Below, one piece after another: positions 9,742 through 19,650 of a DNA stretch of 64,000 nt. The position numbers and the translations under genes are program-made. The notes under the pieces are model-generated. The model ran no database searches. It worked only from the letters and a program-made list of their open reading frames with translations, and was not told the DNA's origin. Source of the DNA: a virus; the IMG/VR virus record IMGVR_UViG_3300030419_001484, positions 1 to 64,000 of that record; one strand, given 5' to 3'. Numbering within the stretch: the stretch's first letter is position 1; each line of letters begins with the position of its first letter.

Positions 9742-11653
9742 TCAACTACCCACACAATACCAACAATTCATTCACCTTTCAAGATACTCACGATGGTTAG
9801 AAGATGAAGGTCGTAGAGAAACTTGGAGTGAAACTATAGAAAGGTACTTCAACTTTTTTGAAGAACATTTACAGGAAACGTGTGATTACAAATTAGACAA
9901 AGAAACTAAAAATGTATTGGAACGTGCAATACTAGAACAGAAGGTAATGCCCTCTATGAGATGTTTGATGACCGCTGGAGAGGCGTTGAAAAGAGAGAAT
10001 ATCGCTGGGTATAACTGTTCCTATGTCGCAGTAGACAGAGTTGCAGCTTTTGATGAAATACTTTATGTGTTGATGAATGGAACTGGTGTTGGATTCTCAG
10101 TAGAAAGACAATTCACTGCAAAACTACCTGTAGTCGCAGAGGAGTTCTTTCACTCAGACACCATGATACAAGTTGCAGATAGTAAACTAGGTTGGGCGAA
10201 AGCACTCAAAGAATTAGTTGGTATGTTATATATTGGTCAAATACCAAGATGGGATTTATCAAAAATACGACCAGCAGGAACACCACTTAAAACATTTGGT
10301 GGTCGTGCATCTGGGCCAGAACCACTAGAAAGATTATTTGAGTTCTGTGTTACCACATTCCAAAACTCAAAAGGTAGAAAACTATCATCAATAGAATGTC
10401 ACGATATCGTGTGTAAGATTGCAGAGATCGTTGTGGTCGGTGGTGTAAGAAGAAGTGCATTGATATCACTATCTAATTTATCAGATGATAGAATGAGACA
10501 CGCAAAGTCTGGTCAATGGTGGGAACATAATGGACAAAGAGCACTTGCAAATAACTCTGCGTGTTATACAGAAAAACCAGACATGGGAATATTCATGGAT
10601 GAGTGGAAATCACTTTACGAGTCTAAATCTGGAGAACGTGGTATATTTAATCGTGCATCTGCAAACATGATGGCAGAGAAAACTGGACGTAGAGAAATAG
10701 AAGGTCATGAGTTTGGAACGAACCCATGTTCAGAAATTATACTCAGAGATAGAGAGTTTTGTAATTTATCAGAATGTGTGGTAAGACCAACAGACACCAG
10801 AGAAACATTACTCAAGAAAGTAGAACTTGCAACTATCATAGGAACATTTCAATCAACACTTACAAACTTCAAGTATGTTTCAAGTGCATGGAAAAAGAAT
10901 TGTGAAGAAGAAAGATTACTTGGTGTATCACTCACAGGTATCATGGATAATAAACTTACAAATGGTAAACAAGGTGGAGCTGCACTCAGAGGATTACTTA
11001 ATGATTTGAAAGAAAGAGCAGTAGAAACAAATAAGGTATGGGCGAAGAAACTAGGTATCAATCAATCAGTATCAATCACTTGTGTTAAACCATCTGGAAC
11101 AGTATCACAGTTAGTAGATGCGGCCTCTGGTATTCACGCAAGACATAATCCATATTACATTCGAACTGTTCGTGGTGACAAGAAAGATCCATTGACTCAG
11201 ATGATGACAGATGCTGGATTTCCAGTAGAAGATGATGTGATGAATCCAAGTCATACGGCTGTGTTTTCATTCCCAATGAAAGTAGACAAGGGTGCAGTAT
11301 TTAGAACTGATATGACTGCGATTGAACAACTAAGATTGTGGTTGGAGTATCAAAAACACTGGTGTGAACATAAACCATCTGTAACCATTTCAGTAAAAGA
11401 ACATGAGTGGTTAGAGGTCGGTGCATGGGTGTATGAACACTTTGATTATATGTCTGGTGTATCATTCTTACCATTCAGTGAACACACATATAAACAAGCA
11501 CCTTATCAAGATTGTGATAAAGAAAAGTATGAGGAGATTTTACAATCAATGCCCACCAATGTAGATTGGTCAAAACTTGGTGAGTATGAAACCAAAGACA
11601 TGACTACGAGTTCACAAGAACTTGCGTGTGTTGCTGGTGGTTGTGAAATTTAA
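9734..11653 (+). CDS. nrdJ: class II (AdoCbl-dependent) ribonucleotide reductase
   Basis: YNC, VVVGGVRRSALI, GTNPCSEI, FCNLSE, TCVKPSGTVS, C-terminal CxxGxC; no beta subunit nearby. Confidence 0.93.
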   Translation: MSNQLPTQYQQFIHLSRYSRWLEDEGRRETWSETIERYFNFFEEHLQETCDYKLDKETKNVLERAILEQKVMPSMRCLMTAGEALKRENIAGYNCSYVAVDRVAAFDEILYVLMNGTGVGFSVERQFTAKLPVVAEEFFHSDTMIQVADSKLGWAKALKELVGMLYIGQIPRWDLSKIRPAGTPLKTFGGRASGPEPLERLFEFCVTTFQNSKGRKLSSIECHDIVCKIAEIVVVGGVRRSALISLSNLSDDRMRHAKSGQWWEHNGQRALANNSACYTEKPDMGIFMDEWKSLYESKSGERGIFNRASANMMAEKTGRREIEGHEFGTNPCSEIILRDREFCNLSECVVRPTDTRETLLKKVELATIIGTFQSTLTNFKYVSSAWKKNCEEERLLGVSLTGIMDNKLTNGKQGGAALRGLLNDLKERAVETNKVWAKKLGINQSVSITCVKPSGTVSQLVDAASGIHARHNPYYIRTVRGDKKDPLTQMMTDAGFPVEDDVMNPSHTAVFSFPMKVDKGAVFRTDMTAIEQLRLWLEYQKHWCEHKPSVTISVKEHEWLEVGAWVYEHFDYMSGVSFLPFSEHTYKQAPYQDCDKEKYEEILQSMPTNVDWSKLGEYETKDMTTSSQELACVAGGCEI

Positions 11654-11808
11654 TGAAAAAATTAGTGTACTGTGAGTCGTGTGATGCAGAGTTTCGTATA
11701 ACACACAATATGGACAAACGACTATATAAAATAGAACATTGTCCTTTTTGTGGTGACGATTTAACTGAGGAAAACGAGGACTTATTAGAGGAGTATGAAG
11801 ATGAGTAA
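11653..11808 (+). CDS. zinc-ribbon protein (not in ORF track)
   Basis: CESC...CPFCG, acidic tail. Confidence 0.7.
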   Translation: MKKLVYCESCDAEFRITHNMDKRLYKIEHCPFCGDDLTEENEDLLEEYEDE

Positions 11809-11980
11809 TTGTCAAAACTGTGGTCGTGACTCACATTGTGGAACACCTTTACATGGTGTCGCAGAAGGTTTTATAAGTGAAAATTATGGAGAGGGTAAAA
11901 CTATAAAGATATGTGATAGTTGTCGTTGTGAGGAGTGCAAGGAAAATGAAAATAGATATTCAAATGAAAGTATTGTATGA
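11795..11980 (+). CDS. small Cys-rich protein
   Basis: CQNCG..HCG..CDSCRCEEC. Confidence 0.65.
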   Translation: MKMSNCQNCGRDSHCGTPLHGVAEGFISENYGEGKTIKICDSCRCEECKENENRYSNESIV

Positions 11981-12315
11981 AAACCCAAAGTGCAAAGGCT
12001 AAGGGTCGCAGATTTCAACAATGGGTTCGTGACAAACTCATAGAGACACTTGGTGTCCATCCAGAGGATATTGAGTCAAGGTCTATGGGTGCTGGTGGTG
12101 AGGATTTGATAATGGCAAGAGCTGCAAGAGAAAAGTTTCCATATTCGGTTGAGTGTAAGAATCAAGAGAGATTAAATCTATGGGAGGCGTATAGTCAAGC
12201 AGAGTCAAACTGTGGTGACTATCAACCCATAGTGTTTTTAAAGAAGAACAACCATAAACCTCTAGTATTGGTAGATGCAGACTATTTTGTGGGGTTACAC
12301 AAGGACGAAAAATGA
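11977..12315 (+). CDS. PD-(D/E)XK nuclease, Holliday-junction-resolvase-like
   Basis: SAKAKGR..GEDL..SVECKNQE. Confidence 0.75.
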   Translation: MKTQSAKAKGRRFQQWVRDKLIETLGVHPEDIESRSMGAGGEDLIMARAAREKFPYSVECKNQERLNLWEAYSQAESNCGDYQPIVFLKKNNHKPLVLVDADYFVGLHKDEK

Positions 12316-12518
12316 TAACTGCTTTCATTTCAGTGTTTGAGGAAAGATTGGATAAACTCAAAAAATCCCTCAAAAAAGAACTACAACTCACAAAATCTGA
12401 ACGTAGAAAGGATGTAATGAAAAGATTGGTCAAAGATGCAAAGTCATTACAGAAAACAATAAATGGGGTTAAAAAAGAAAATGCAAAAGTTTGTCCACAC
12501 TGTGGTGGAGAACTATAG
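12312..12518 (+). CDS. hypothetical protein
   Basis: coiled coil with C-terminal CPHCG. Confidence 0.6.
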   Translation: MITAFISVFEERLDKLKKSLKKELQLTKSERRKDVMKRLVKDAKSLQKTINGVKKENAKVCPHCGGEL

Positions 12519-12721
12519 TCTAATATTAGTTAGCCCAATAATATCTTATTTCCTTAGTATCTTTATAGTTGCAACTTTTGGTGAATTTGTAAGTCAAGAC
12601 AAGTATATATTAGGTGAACTCATAGTTATACAAATTGTAATTCTTTTTCTAATATTACTTTATATAAATAAGGGGGTAAAGAGAGATAAGTAAGTCTCTC
12701 TTTTTTTATGAAGGAAAAAAG

Positions 12722-13066
12722 ATGAAAAAACTACTAGCATCACTTTTCATCATGTTCGCATTTACAGTTCCAGCATCTGCATGGGATTTTGGAAATAGCG
12801 TAGAAGCGAAATATAATGTAGATCAAAAACTAACTACAATTACTATGGAATCTGGAGTTACCCAAAACCTAAGTGACAATCTTGTTTTTAATATAAATGC
12901 TGATTTTAATCTAAAAGAAATCAACAATACATCTGGTCTATATCAAGGTTTAGATATAGGAGTAGATTACAATATTGCTGATAACGTAATGTTCGAAGTT
13001 GACACTGGAATCGACACCGATTGGAAGAGAGAGGATATCTCTGTTTCTATGACTTGGACTTTCTAA
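12722..13066 (+). CDS. exported beta-strand protein, outer-membrane-protein-like
   Basis: signal peptide (ASA cleavage), amphipathic strands, C-terminal TWTF. Confidence 0.55.
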   Translation: MKKLLASLFIMFAFTVPASAWDFGNSVEAKYNVDQKLTTITMESGVTQNLSDNLVFNINADFNLKEINNTSGLYQGLDIGVDYNIADNVMFEVDTGIDTDWKREDISVSMTWTF

Positions 13067-13109
13067 AAACGAATCACCTTTAAATTATCTACTATATTAA
13101 AATATTTTG

Positions 13110-13149
13110 AACCCTTGTAAGTCATTGATTTGCAAGGGTTTATTTTTTT
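13110..13149 (+). terminator. intrinsic terminator with an IHF-consensus site in its loop
   Basis: AACCCTTG...CAAGGGTT plus T-run; TAAGTCATTGATT inside. Confidence 0.55.
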
Positions 13150-13151
13150 AC

Positions 13152-13180
13152 TTGACAAAGAAAGAATAGTATGATACTTT
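13152..13180 (+). promoter_or_regulatory. sigma70-type early promoter (others with -35 at 13427, 18092, 18784, 28012, 29659, 41558, 41909, 42286, 52672, 52744, 52991, 53381)
   Basis: TTGACA/TTGACT, 16-17 nt spacer, TAnnnT -10. Confidence 0.75.
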
Positions 13181-13214
13181 AATGGTAGAGTTAATAAAAA
13201 AGAGAGAATCATAT

Positions 13215-13430
13215 ATGACAAATACAACATTTTCAACTTCTATCAATTTCGTCAATTTAGACGAAGATGGTATATTAGTATGTGATAATGCGATTGTTTC
13301 TCTGGGTAACATCAGAGGTACTACAAGAGCAGAATCAGAAGCTGCAGCTATTTCAACCTTTGAGGTATTAGGGTTGTCTGCTGACCAATTGGTGTCGATT
13401 GAAACAACTAAGATAAAAAATAGTACTTGA
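13215..13430 (+). CDS. early hypothetical protein
   Basis: follows promoter and AGAGAGA leader. Confidence 0.65.
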   Translation: MTNTTFSTSINFVNLDEDGILVCDNAIVSLGNIRGTTRAESEAAAISTFEVLGLSADQLVSIETTKIKNST

Positions 13431-13494
13431 CATATTCTGTCAATGTGTTACTATAATAGTGTAAGTGATTCGTTAATAATATAGAGAGGTAAAT

Positions 13495-13890
13495 ATGGCT
13501 TATATTTCACAACAAGATAAAAAAGACCTTGCTCCTGCGATCAAGGCAGTTCTTAAAAACTATGGTATGAAAGGTACTATTTCGATAAATCATCACAGTT
13601 CATTAGTTGTTACTGTTCAATCTGGTGTTCTAGATTTCAGTGGACATTTTAGTCATGGTGATGGTTACATTCAAGTTAACACTTATCACATAGACAATTG
13701 GTATTCTGGAACTATCAGAAATTTTCTTAAAGACCTTGTAAAGGCAATGAAAGGAAACAAGTGGTATGACAAATCAGATGCAATGGTTGATTATTTTGAT
13801 ACTGCATACTATGTTGATATTAATATTGGAAAATGGAATAAACCTTATGTCCAAACAAAAACTAATCCTCATGTAAAGGTGGCTGCATGA
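13495..13890 (+). CDS. conserved early phage protein
   Basis: MAYISQQDKK..YDKSDAMVDYFDTAYY..IGKWNKPY. Confidence 0.75.
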   Translation: MAYISQQDKKDLAPAIKAVLKNYGMKGTISINHHSSLVVTVQSGVLDFSGHFSHGDGYIQVNTYHIDNWYSGTIRNFLKDLVKAMKGNKWYDKSDAMVDYFDTAYYVDINIGKWNKPYVQTKTNPHVKVAA

Positions 13891-14174
13891 TTGATAGTAT
13901 AATCAAAGCAAAGATAAAGGGGGATATAAGTATGTCAGTTCCTTTATATTTGATGATGAGTTATGCATATTACGAAGAAGATAAACCGATTGCAACTGAT
14001 GGCACTTTTGATGAGGTTTCAAAATTAATGTTAAAGAATTGGAAAAAGATAAAACACCATCACAAAGAACTAATAAATCTTGATAATCTAAAGGCTGGAA
14101 CTTACTTGGGTAAATATCCAACAATAGTAAAAGATACTTTAGAAATGGTAAGAAAGAGATATAACAATGATTAG
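13887..14174 (+). CDS. NAD-dependent ligase Ia-domain-like small protein
   Basis: SYAYYEEDKPIATDGTFD resembles LigA YYxxDxPxxxDxxYD. Confidence 0.55.
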   Translation: MIDSIIKAKIKGDISMSVPLYLMMSYAYYEEDKPIATDGTFDEVSKLMLKNWKKIKHHHKELINLDNLKAGTYLGKYPTIVKDTLEMVRKRYNND

Positions 14175-14292
14175 ACTTGCAATGTTTTTAATAGGGTTAT
14201 ATATTAGAGTTCTTATAGGTGCAACAGTGTTTATTTGGGGAAGTCTGATTATAATACATTTTTTAGGAATAATTTAGAGAGGTATAAATATT

Positions 14293-14679
14293 ATGGTGAA
14301 AATAAAACGTAGAAGAAAACCAATGACTCCAGAACAACGTGCGGCCGCAGTTGAACGTCTTGCAAAGGCAAGAGAAGCAAAAGGGCCTGCACAACATCAA
14401 AATATACATCCAGAGGTTCTTGCAAGACCAGACGACCATTTTCTATCTTTAAAAAATGTTAGGTCTTGGATAAAGAGTAACAAAGAACAATTGAGTTCAC
14501 TCAGAGGTGAGGTCAGACGAGATGTAAAGGGCGCTAAGGCGAAGTTTCATAGTGTAGAGGGTTATATAAGACATATGCAACACTATCTCAAACATGGTGA
14601 TTGGATAGATAATGCATATGGAGAACATCAAGAAAAGAGTGTTAAATGGGTGACGATAAAGGCCAGTGGAGTAATATAA
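14293..14679 (+). CDS. conserved hypothetical protein
   Basis: RKPMTPEQRAAAVERLAKAR. Confidence 0.7.
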   Translation: MVKIKRRRKPMTPEQRAAAVERLAKAREAKGPAQHQNIHPEVLARPDDHFLSLKNVRSWIKSNKEQLSSLRGEVRRDVKGAKAKFHSVEGYIRHMQHYLKHGDWIDNAYGEHQEKSVKWVTIKASGVI

Positions 14680-15044
14680 TCATAGGGCCATGGGAGTCTA
14701 AAACTCCCAAAGGTGGTAAGAATAGAGATCAGATAATCAAAGAAGAAATGGATGCGATTGATGAACTCTCTCAAAAAGCTATGATTAAATTAATAGAAGT
14801 CCTTAAAGAATATGAGGTGAATATAACTTCAAAGGATTTCTATAGACATATTGGTTTTATGAATGAAACACTCAAAGCAAAACTATTTAAAGAAATGGGT
14901 TATGAACACCCATTGTCTGATTTAGTAAATCATATAATAATCCCATCAATGACTAAGGATAAGAGGGATATATACACAAAGTTTAGAGCTGACTTAGTTC
15001 ATGAACTTGTAGAATATTTGGAGCAAGATTTTGAAGAAGAGTGA
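14646..15044 (+). CDS. hypothetical protein
   Basis: SNIIIGPW motif; ORF track. Confidence 0.6.
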   Translation: MGDDKGQWSNIIIGPWESKTPKGGKNRDQIIKEEMDAIDELSQKAMIKLIEVLKEYEVNITSKDFYRHIGFMNETLKAKLFKEMGYEHPLSDLVNHIIIPSMTKDKRDIYTKFRADLVHELVEYLEQDFEEE

Positions 15045-15714
15045 AGTTAATTTTATTACACCATTTAGTCCGACTATTATGCAGACAGAGGTGCCAGATA
15101 AATTTATTAAACTAATTAATAAGATTGGTGATGAAGTTTTAAGTGATGATAAAAAATCTACACAATTTGATTGGTCAGATCATCTAGTAGGAAAAGTTCA
15201 TAAAGAAGTTCAGATACCAATGATAAACCCAAACGATGCTAATTATTGTAAATCAATTTTAAAAGAAAATTGTCTTATGTATTTAAAAGAACTTATTAAT
15301 AAAGGTCGTGCATACATAGATAACATGATTTTACATCATCCAACAAAAGGTAACTTACATCCAACAGAATCTAATATTAACATAAGTCAATCTTGGATAG
15401 TAAGTCAATATAAGGGTGAGTACAACCCATGGCATCAACACAGTGGACATCTATCAGCAGTCATATATCTTAAAGTACCAAAGGGTATGGATGAGTTCTT
15501 TGAGAAAGAGGGTGAAGACCATTATCCTGTTGGTGGTGCAATACAGTTTATGCAAGGTGATAAACAAAACTTTAGAAACGATACATTAACATTTAGACCA
15601 GAGGTTGGTAAGATGTTAATATTCCCATCGTGGTTGAAACATTCAGTTTATCCTTTTGATGTAGACGGAGAAAGAAGAAGTATGAGTTTCAATGCATATT
15701 ATGTGAGTAGATGA
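15031..15714 (+). CDS. 2OG-Fe(II)-type oxygenase (HxH type)
   Basis: PWHQH, FPSWLKHSV, RRSMSFN. Confidence 0.85.
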   Translation: MKKSEVNFITPFSPTIMQTEVPDKFIKLINKIGDEVLSDDKKSTQFDWSDHLVGKVHKEVQIPMINPNDANYCKSILKENCLMYLKELINKGRAYIDNMILHHPTKGNLHPTESNINISQSWIVSQYKGEYNPWHQHSGHLSAVIYLKVPKGMDEFFEKEGEDHYPVGGAIQFMQGDKQNFRNDTLTFRPEVGKMLIFPSWLKHSVYPFDVDGERRSMSFNAYYVSR

Positions 15715-16217
15715 TGAAAATAATAGACAACATTCTAAGTAAAAAAGAACTTGATTATATAAAAACTAAAATGATGCATAATCAAGAAATGCCTTGGTAC
15801 TTTAATGATGCGATAGCAACGGATCGTGAAAATGACCCCATGTATTATTTTACCCACAACTTTTTTCTTTCAAGAGGTAGCACTGATCAGTTTAAATATG
15901 AAAAGTCTGATTGGTTTCATATAATACGTTCAATATTGGATTTTATAAAACCTAAAGTATTGATTAGGTCTAAAGGGAATATGTATCCATCAACTCCAAC
16001 AATCGTTCATCATGATAGCCATATTGATCTTCCATATGAACATAAAGGTGCGATATTCTATGTTAATACAAATAATGGTATGACAGTGTTAGAGGATGGA
16101 ACTGAAGTTGAAAGTATAGAAAATAGACTACTTCTTTTTGACTCTAGTAAAAAACACAATAGCACATCTTGTACAGATGCGAAAGTAAGAGTAAATATTA
16201 ATTTTAATTATTTTTAA
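15711..16217 (+). CDS. 2OG-Fe(II)-type oxygenase
   Basis: HID, KKHNS, RVNINFNY. Confidence 0.8.
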   Translation: MMKIIDNILSKKELDYIKTKMMHNQEMPWYFNDAIATDRENDPMYYFTHNFFLSRGSTDQFKYEKSDWFHIIRSILDFIKPKVLIRSKGNMYPSTPTIVHHDSHIDLPYEHKGAIFYVNTNNGMTVLEDGTEVESIENRLLLFDSSKKHNSTSCTDAKVRVNINFNYF

Positions 16218-16228
16218 ATGAGACAGAT

Positions 16229-17068
16229 ATGATACTAATTGATATGAATCAGATTGCATTAGCAAATCTGATGATGAACATGAAAATGAATAATAATAAA
16301 ACCATAGATGAAAATATGGTTAGACACATGATACTTAATTCTATTCGTATGTATAGAAAAGAGCATCATAATGAATATGGTGAGGTGGTTCTTACTTGGG
16401 ACTCAAAACATTCATGGAGAAGAGATTATTTTCCAGAGTACAAGGCCAGTCGTAGAAAAGGTCGAGAAGAGTCAGACTTAAATTGGGAAGACATTTTTGG
16501 AACTCTCAATAAGATACGAAATGAAATCAAACAAAACTTTCCATACAAATATATTGAGGTTTTCGGTGCAGAAGCAGATGACATCATAGGATTTTTGTGT
16601 GAAGAAAACAGAGATGAAAAGATTATGATAATCTCTGGTGATAAAGATTTTATTCAACTACAAAAATATCCAAATGTTACACAGTGGAGTCCTATTACAA
16701 AGAAACAAGTCAACGGATTTGACCCCACTATATATTTAAAAGAACATATTTTAAAAGGTGATACAAGTGATGGTGTACCGAATGTACTGTCACCAGATAA
16801 CACTTTTTCAGATGGATTAAGACAACGACCTTTGAGTAGAAAGAAAATACAATCTTGGCTCAATAGTGTAGAGGATTGTAATGATGAGGTGAAAAGAAAT
16901 TATCAAAGAAACTTAACTCTGATTGACTTATCAAAGACACCAGAGGAACTAAAAAATCAAATCAGATTAGAATACAATAACGCACCACATGGTGATCGTA
17001 GTAAACTCTTAAATTATTTTATGATATATAAACTCAAAGAGTTAACTGAAAACATTGGAGAATTTTAA
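16229..17068 (+). CDS. rnh: T4-type RNase H (5'-3' exonuclease)
   Basis: ILIDMNQ, WRRDYFPEYKASR, EADDII, SGDKDFIQLQ, GDTSDGVPN. Confidence 0.95.
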   Translation: MILIDMNQIALANLMMNMKMNNNKTIDENMVRHMILNSIRMYRKEHHNEYGEVVLTWDSKHSWRRDYFPEYKASRRKGREESDLNWEDIFGTLNKIRNEIKQNFPYKYIEVFGAEADDIIGFLCEENRDEKIMIISGDKDFIQLQKYPNVTQWSPITKKQVNGFDPTIYLKEHILKGDTSDGVPNVLSPDNTFSDGLRQRPLSRKKIQSWLNSVEDCNDEVKRNYQRNLTLIDLSKTPEELKNQIRLEYNNAPHGDRSKLLNYFMIYKLKELTENIGEF

Positions 17069-17069
17069 A

Positions 17070-17516
17070 ATGCCAGGAAATACATTATTATTTTCAGAAG
17101 TCCTTGATAAAGTACATAAGGCGAAAACAAAAGACCAAAAGGTCAAAATACTAAAAGAACACAATACACCAGCATTGAGGTCAGTATTAAAATCATCTTT
17201 TGACCCAAACATCAAGTGGGTTTTACCAGAGGGTGAAGTTCCTTATAGAAAGAACGATGCACCTATTGGAACTGAACATACAACACTTGCAACAGAATCA
17301 AGTAAGTTATGGCACTTTATTAAAGGTGGTGACGGACAGACTCCTCAATGGAAAAAAGAACAGATGTTTGTTCAGATGTTAGAGGGTTTACATCAAACAG
17401 AAGCAGATCTTTTGATTAATGCAAAAGACAAAAAGTTACATCAAGTTTACAAAGGTTTATCTACAAACGTAGTGATGGAAGCTTTTGGTTGGAATGAGGA
17501 ATTTAAACTACCATGA
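17070..17516 (+). CDS. conserved T4-like protein downstream of rnh
   Basis: FDPNIKWVLPEGEVPY..EQMFVQMLEGLH..KDK. Confidence 0.75.
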   Translation: MPGNTLLFSEVLDKVHKAKTKDQKVKILKEHNTPALRSVLKSSFDPNIKWVLPEGEVPYRKNDAPIGTEHTTLATESSKLWHFIKGGDGQTPQWKKEQMFVQMLEGLHQTEADLLINAKDKKLHQVYKGLSTNVVMEAFGWNEEFKLP

Positions 17517-17731
17517 TGACAGATGAAGAAATAGAAACCGCAATTAAAAATATTGAAAATGGTAAGAGTATTAACTTTAATGATCAGTTTAAAATACTTG
17601 CAACAATTTACAAAAAAATTAAACAGTTACATCAACAAACATATAGTCCACCAACAAACAATGATTTAAATAAATCTATAAATGATCTTGCAAGTCGTAT
17701 TAGTATCATAGAGGGTAAGTTAAAAGGATGA
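17513..17731 (+). CDS. hypothetical protein
   Basis: ORF track, coupled to neighbours. Confidence 0.5.
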   Translation: MMTDEEIETAIKNIENGKSINFNDQFKILATIYKKIKQLHQQTYSPPTNNDLNKSINDLASRISIIEGKLKG

Positions 17732-18102
17732 ATATTGATGTTAATAAAAGGTTAGCGTCAAAAGAACAATACGAGTATTTAAAAAATTTACATTATCAAC
17801 CTTGTAATTTACCAAATGTTGGTGTGCATTATGGAGATATCAGATCAATCTGTATAAACAAAGAGTCATCAGCCCATGTGAGTGAAGGACACATGAAATC
17901 TTTTACTCAACAATATAATAATAAAGTGGTACAAAATGATATACCAATTAATCAACCAACAGAAATAATAAATGAAACAGCGAGAAAAGTTTATCTTATT
18001 TTAGATGGCTGTATGTTATTAGATGAAAAGATTGGTGATTACACCATACGTTTTAAAAAAGGTGTAGACCCAGATATAAAAAAAATAAGTGTTGACAATT
18101 GA
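17728..18102 (+). CDS. hypothetical protein
   Basis: ORF track, coupled to neighbours. Confidence 0.55.
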   Translation: MNIDVNKRLASKEQYEYLKNLHYQPCNLPNVGVHYGDIRSICINKESSAHVSEGHMKSFTQQYNNKVVQNDIPINQPTEIINETARKVYLILDGCMLLDEKIGDYTIRFKKGVDPDIKKISVDN

Positions 18103-18154
18103 AACGAATCAGTGTATATTAGTAGTATAGTTAATAATAAAGAGAGAGAATATT

Positions 18155-18526
18155 ATGATAGTAGAACAAAGTGCGACAACATTAGAAGATGGAATTGATA
18201 CCCTAATTAATTCTGCAAAAGCAGATTATGTTAAAAGATATGGTAGTGATGTCAACTCAGATGTTGCAAAGAAAATGATAGGTCAGTTTAACGATGGATT
18301 TGTTGTTAAGTCTGGTTCAAAGTATGTAAAAATTATGTGTGGTAATGGTGGAACGCCTGGTGGTTCATGCTGGGGGTTTGTTGTGAAAGAAGACACACCA
18401 AAATTTAAAAAGGGTGACATTTTAAAACCTGCTGGTTGGAATAAACCTGCTACTAACGCAGCTAGAGGTAATGTGTTAGATGGTAATTACGAAATACATT
18501 GGACAGGGCCTGTATATCTGTCCTAA
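18155..18526 (+). CDS. conserved early phage protein
   Basis: WGFVVK..FKKGDILKPAGWNKPATNAARGNV. Confidence 0.75.
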   Translation: MIVEQSATTLEDGIDTLINSAKADYVKRYGSDVNSDVAKKMIGQFNDGFVVKSGSKYVKIMCGNGGTPGGSCWGFVVKEDTPKFKKGDILKPAGWNKPATNAARGNVLDGNYEIHWTGPVYLS

Positions 18527-18532
18527 AGGAAC

Positions 18533-18591
18533 ACGACCTATATGACGTACCTCTCTCAAACTCGCAAAACTCAAAAAGTCATATAGGTCGT
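18533..18591 (+). promoter_or_regulatory. 14-bp perfect hairpin with CCUCUCUC-containing loop
   Basis: ACGACCTATATGAC / GTCATATAGGTCGT, 31-nt loop. Confidence 0.7.
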
Positions 18592-18602
18592 ACAGAGAGA
18601 AT

Positions 18603-18794
18603 ATGAAACACAGAACAAAATTATTTTATATAAACATAGATGGTGAAGATACTTATCTAATCGCAGAGGGTGAAGATGAGGGTAAGGCTGCACAAAACGC
18701 TGTAAAAGAATTTCAGAAAATACAAAAGATATACGGAGAACAAAATCTTCCCATAACGAATATAACTCGTATGGATAAAATAGTTGACAATTAA
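18603..18794 (+). CDS. hypothetical protein
   Basis: AGAGAGA leader. Confidence 0.6.
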   Translation: MKHRTKLFYINIDGEDTYLIAEGEDEGKAAQNAVKEFQKIQKIYGEQNLPITNITRMDKIVDN

Positions 18795-18833
18795 AACGAA
18801 TCAGTGTATAATATAAACATAATAGAGAGAGAT

Positions 18834-19217
18834 ATGTTTATAGAATTTAGAAATACCAATAAAAAAAGACAACGAACCATTGAGGATGCTCTTTGGTTCG
18901 CAAAGTCGTATCTGTTACCTAGACACAAGATTGATGAAATTGAGATTGAGTCTGTAAATGGTTTACATGCAGATGGTGATTGTTATGATGCAGATGATAG
19001 ATCATTCATCATAAGAGTGAATAAAGACTTATCAAAAGAAGATTTACTTACCACAATCTTTCATGAATTTGTTCATATTAAGCAATTTATCAAAAAAGAG
19101 TATGGTGATATATTTGCAATAAATAACGATGAGGTCGCATACTTAGACAGACCTTACGAAATAGAGGCGTTTAAATTAGAAAAGGAACTATTAGAGGAGT
19201 ACAACAATGTTACTTGA
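18834..19217 (+). CDS. zincin metallopeptidase
   Basis: TIFHEFVHIKQ and PYEIEA. Confidence 0.8.
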   Translation: MFIEFRNTNKKRQRTIEDALWFAKSYLLPRHKIDEIEIESVNGLHADGDCYDADDRSFIIRVNKDLSKEDLLTTIFHEFVHIKQFIKKEYGDIFAINNDEVAYLDRPYEIEAFKLEKELLEEYNNVT

Positions 19218-19650
19218 AACTGCATTTATGTGTCTTGCACTTAACACATATCATGAGGCTAAGAACCAATCAATGATAGGTCAAGTTGCAACTGCACAAG
19301 TGGTTATGAACAGAGTTAAAGATAGTCGATTTCCAAATACAATTTGTGAGGTCGTTAAACAAGGCCCACACAGACCATCTTGGGAAGACCCAAACAAAGA
19401 ATATCCTATTCGACACAAGTGCCAGTTTAGTTGGTACTGTGACGGCAAAAGTGATGAACCAAGAAGAAATAGTAAAGAATGGTTTAAAGCACAAGAGTAT
19501 GCAAGAATAGTTTTATCTGGCAGAATAGTGCTTGATGTTACAGAGGGTGCTACACACTACCATGCAACTTATGTAAGACCAGCATGGGCAAAAACAAAAA
19601 CAAGAACGACTCGAATAGAGTCACATATATTTTATAGGTGGGAGAAGTAA
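19207..19650 (+). CDS. SleB-family cell wall hydrolase
   Basis: CLALNTYHEA, VVMNRV, CQFSWYCDG, GATHYHA, HIFY. Confidence 0.92.
   Translation: MLLETAFMCLALNTYHEAKNQSMIGQVATAQVVMNRVKDSRFPNTICEVVKQGPHRPSWEDPNKEYPIRHKCQFSWYCDGKSDEPRRNSKEWFKAQEYARIVLSGRIVLDVTEGATHYHATYVRPAWAKTKTRTTRIESHIFYRWEK

Noticed and set aside
9734-11653. Intron or intein in RNR
   Set aside because: ORF is continuous at normal class II length with no splice motifs
13179-13194. CtrA box (also 41585-41600)
   Set aside because: Spacing is TTAA-N8-TTAA, not N7, and such matches are common in AT-rich DNA
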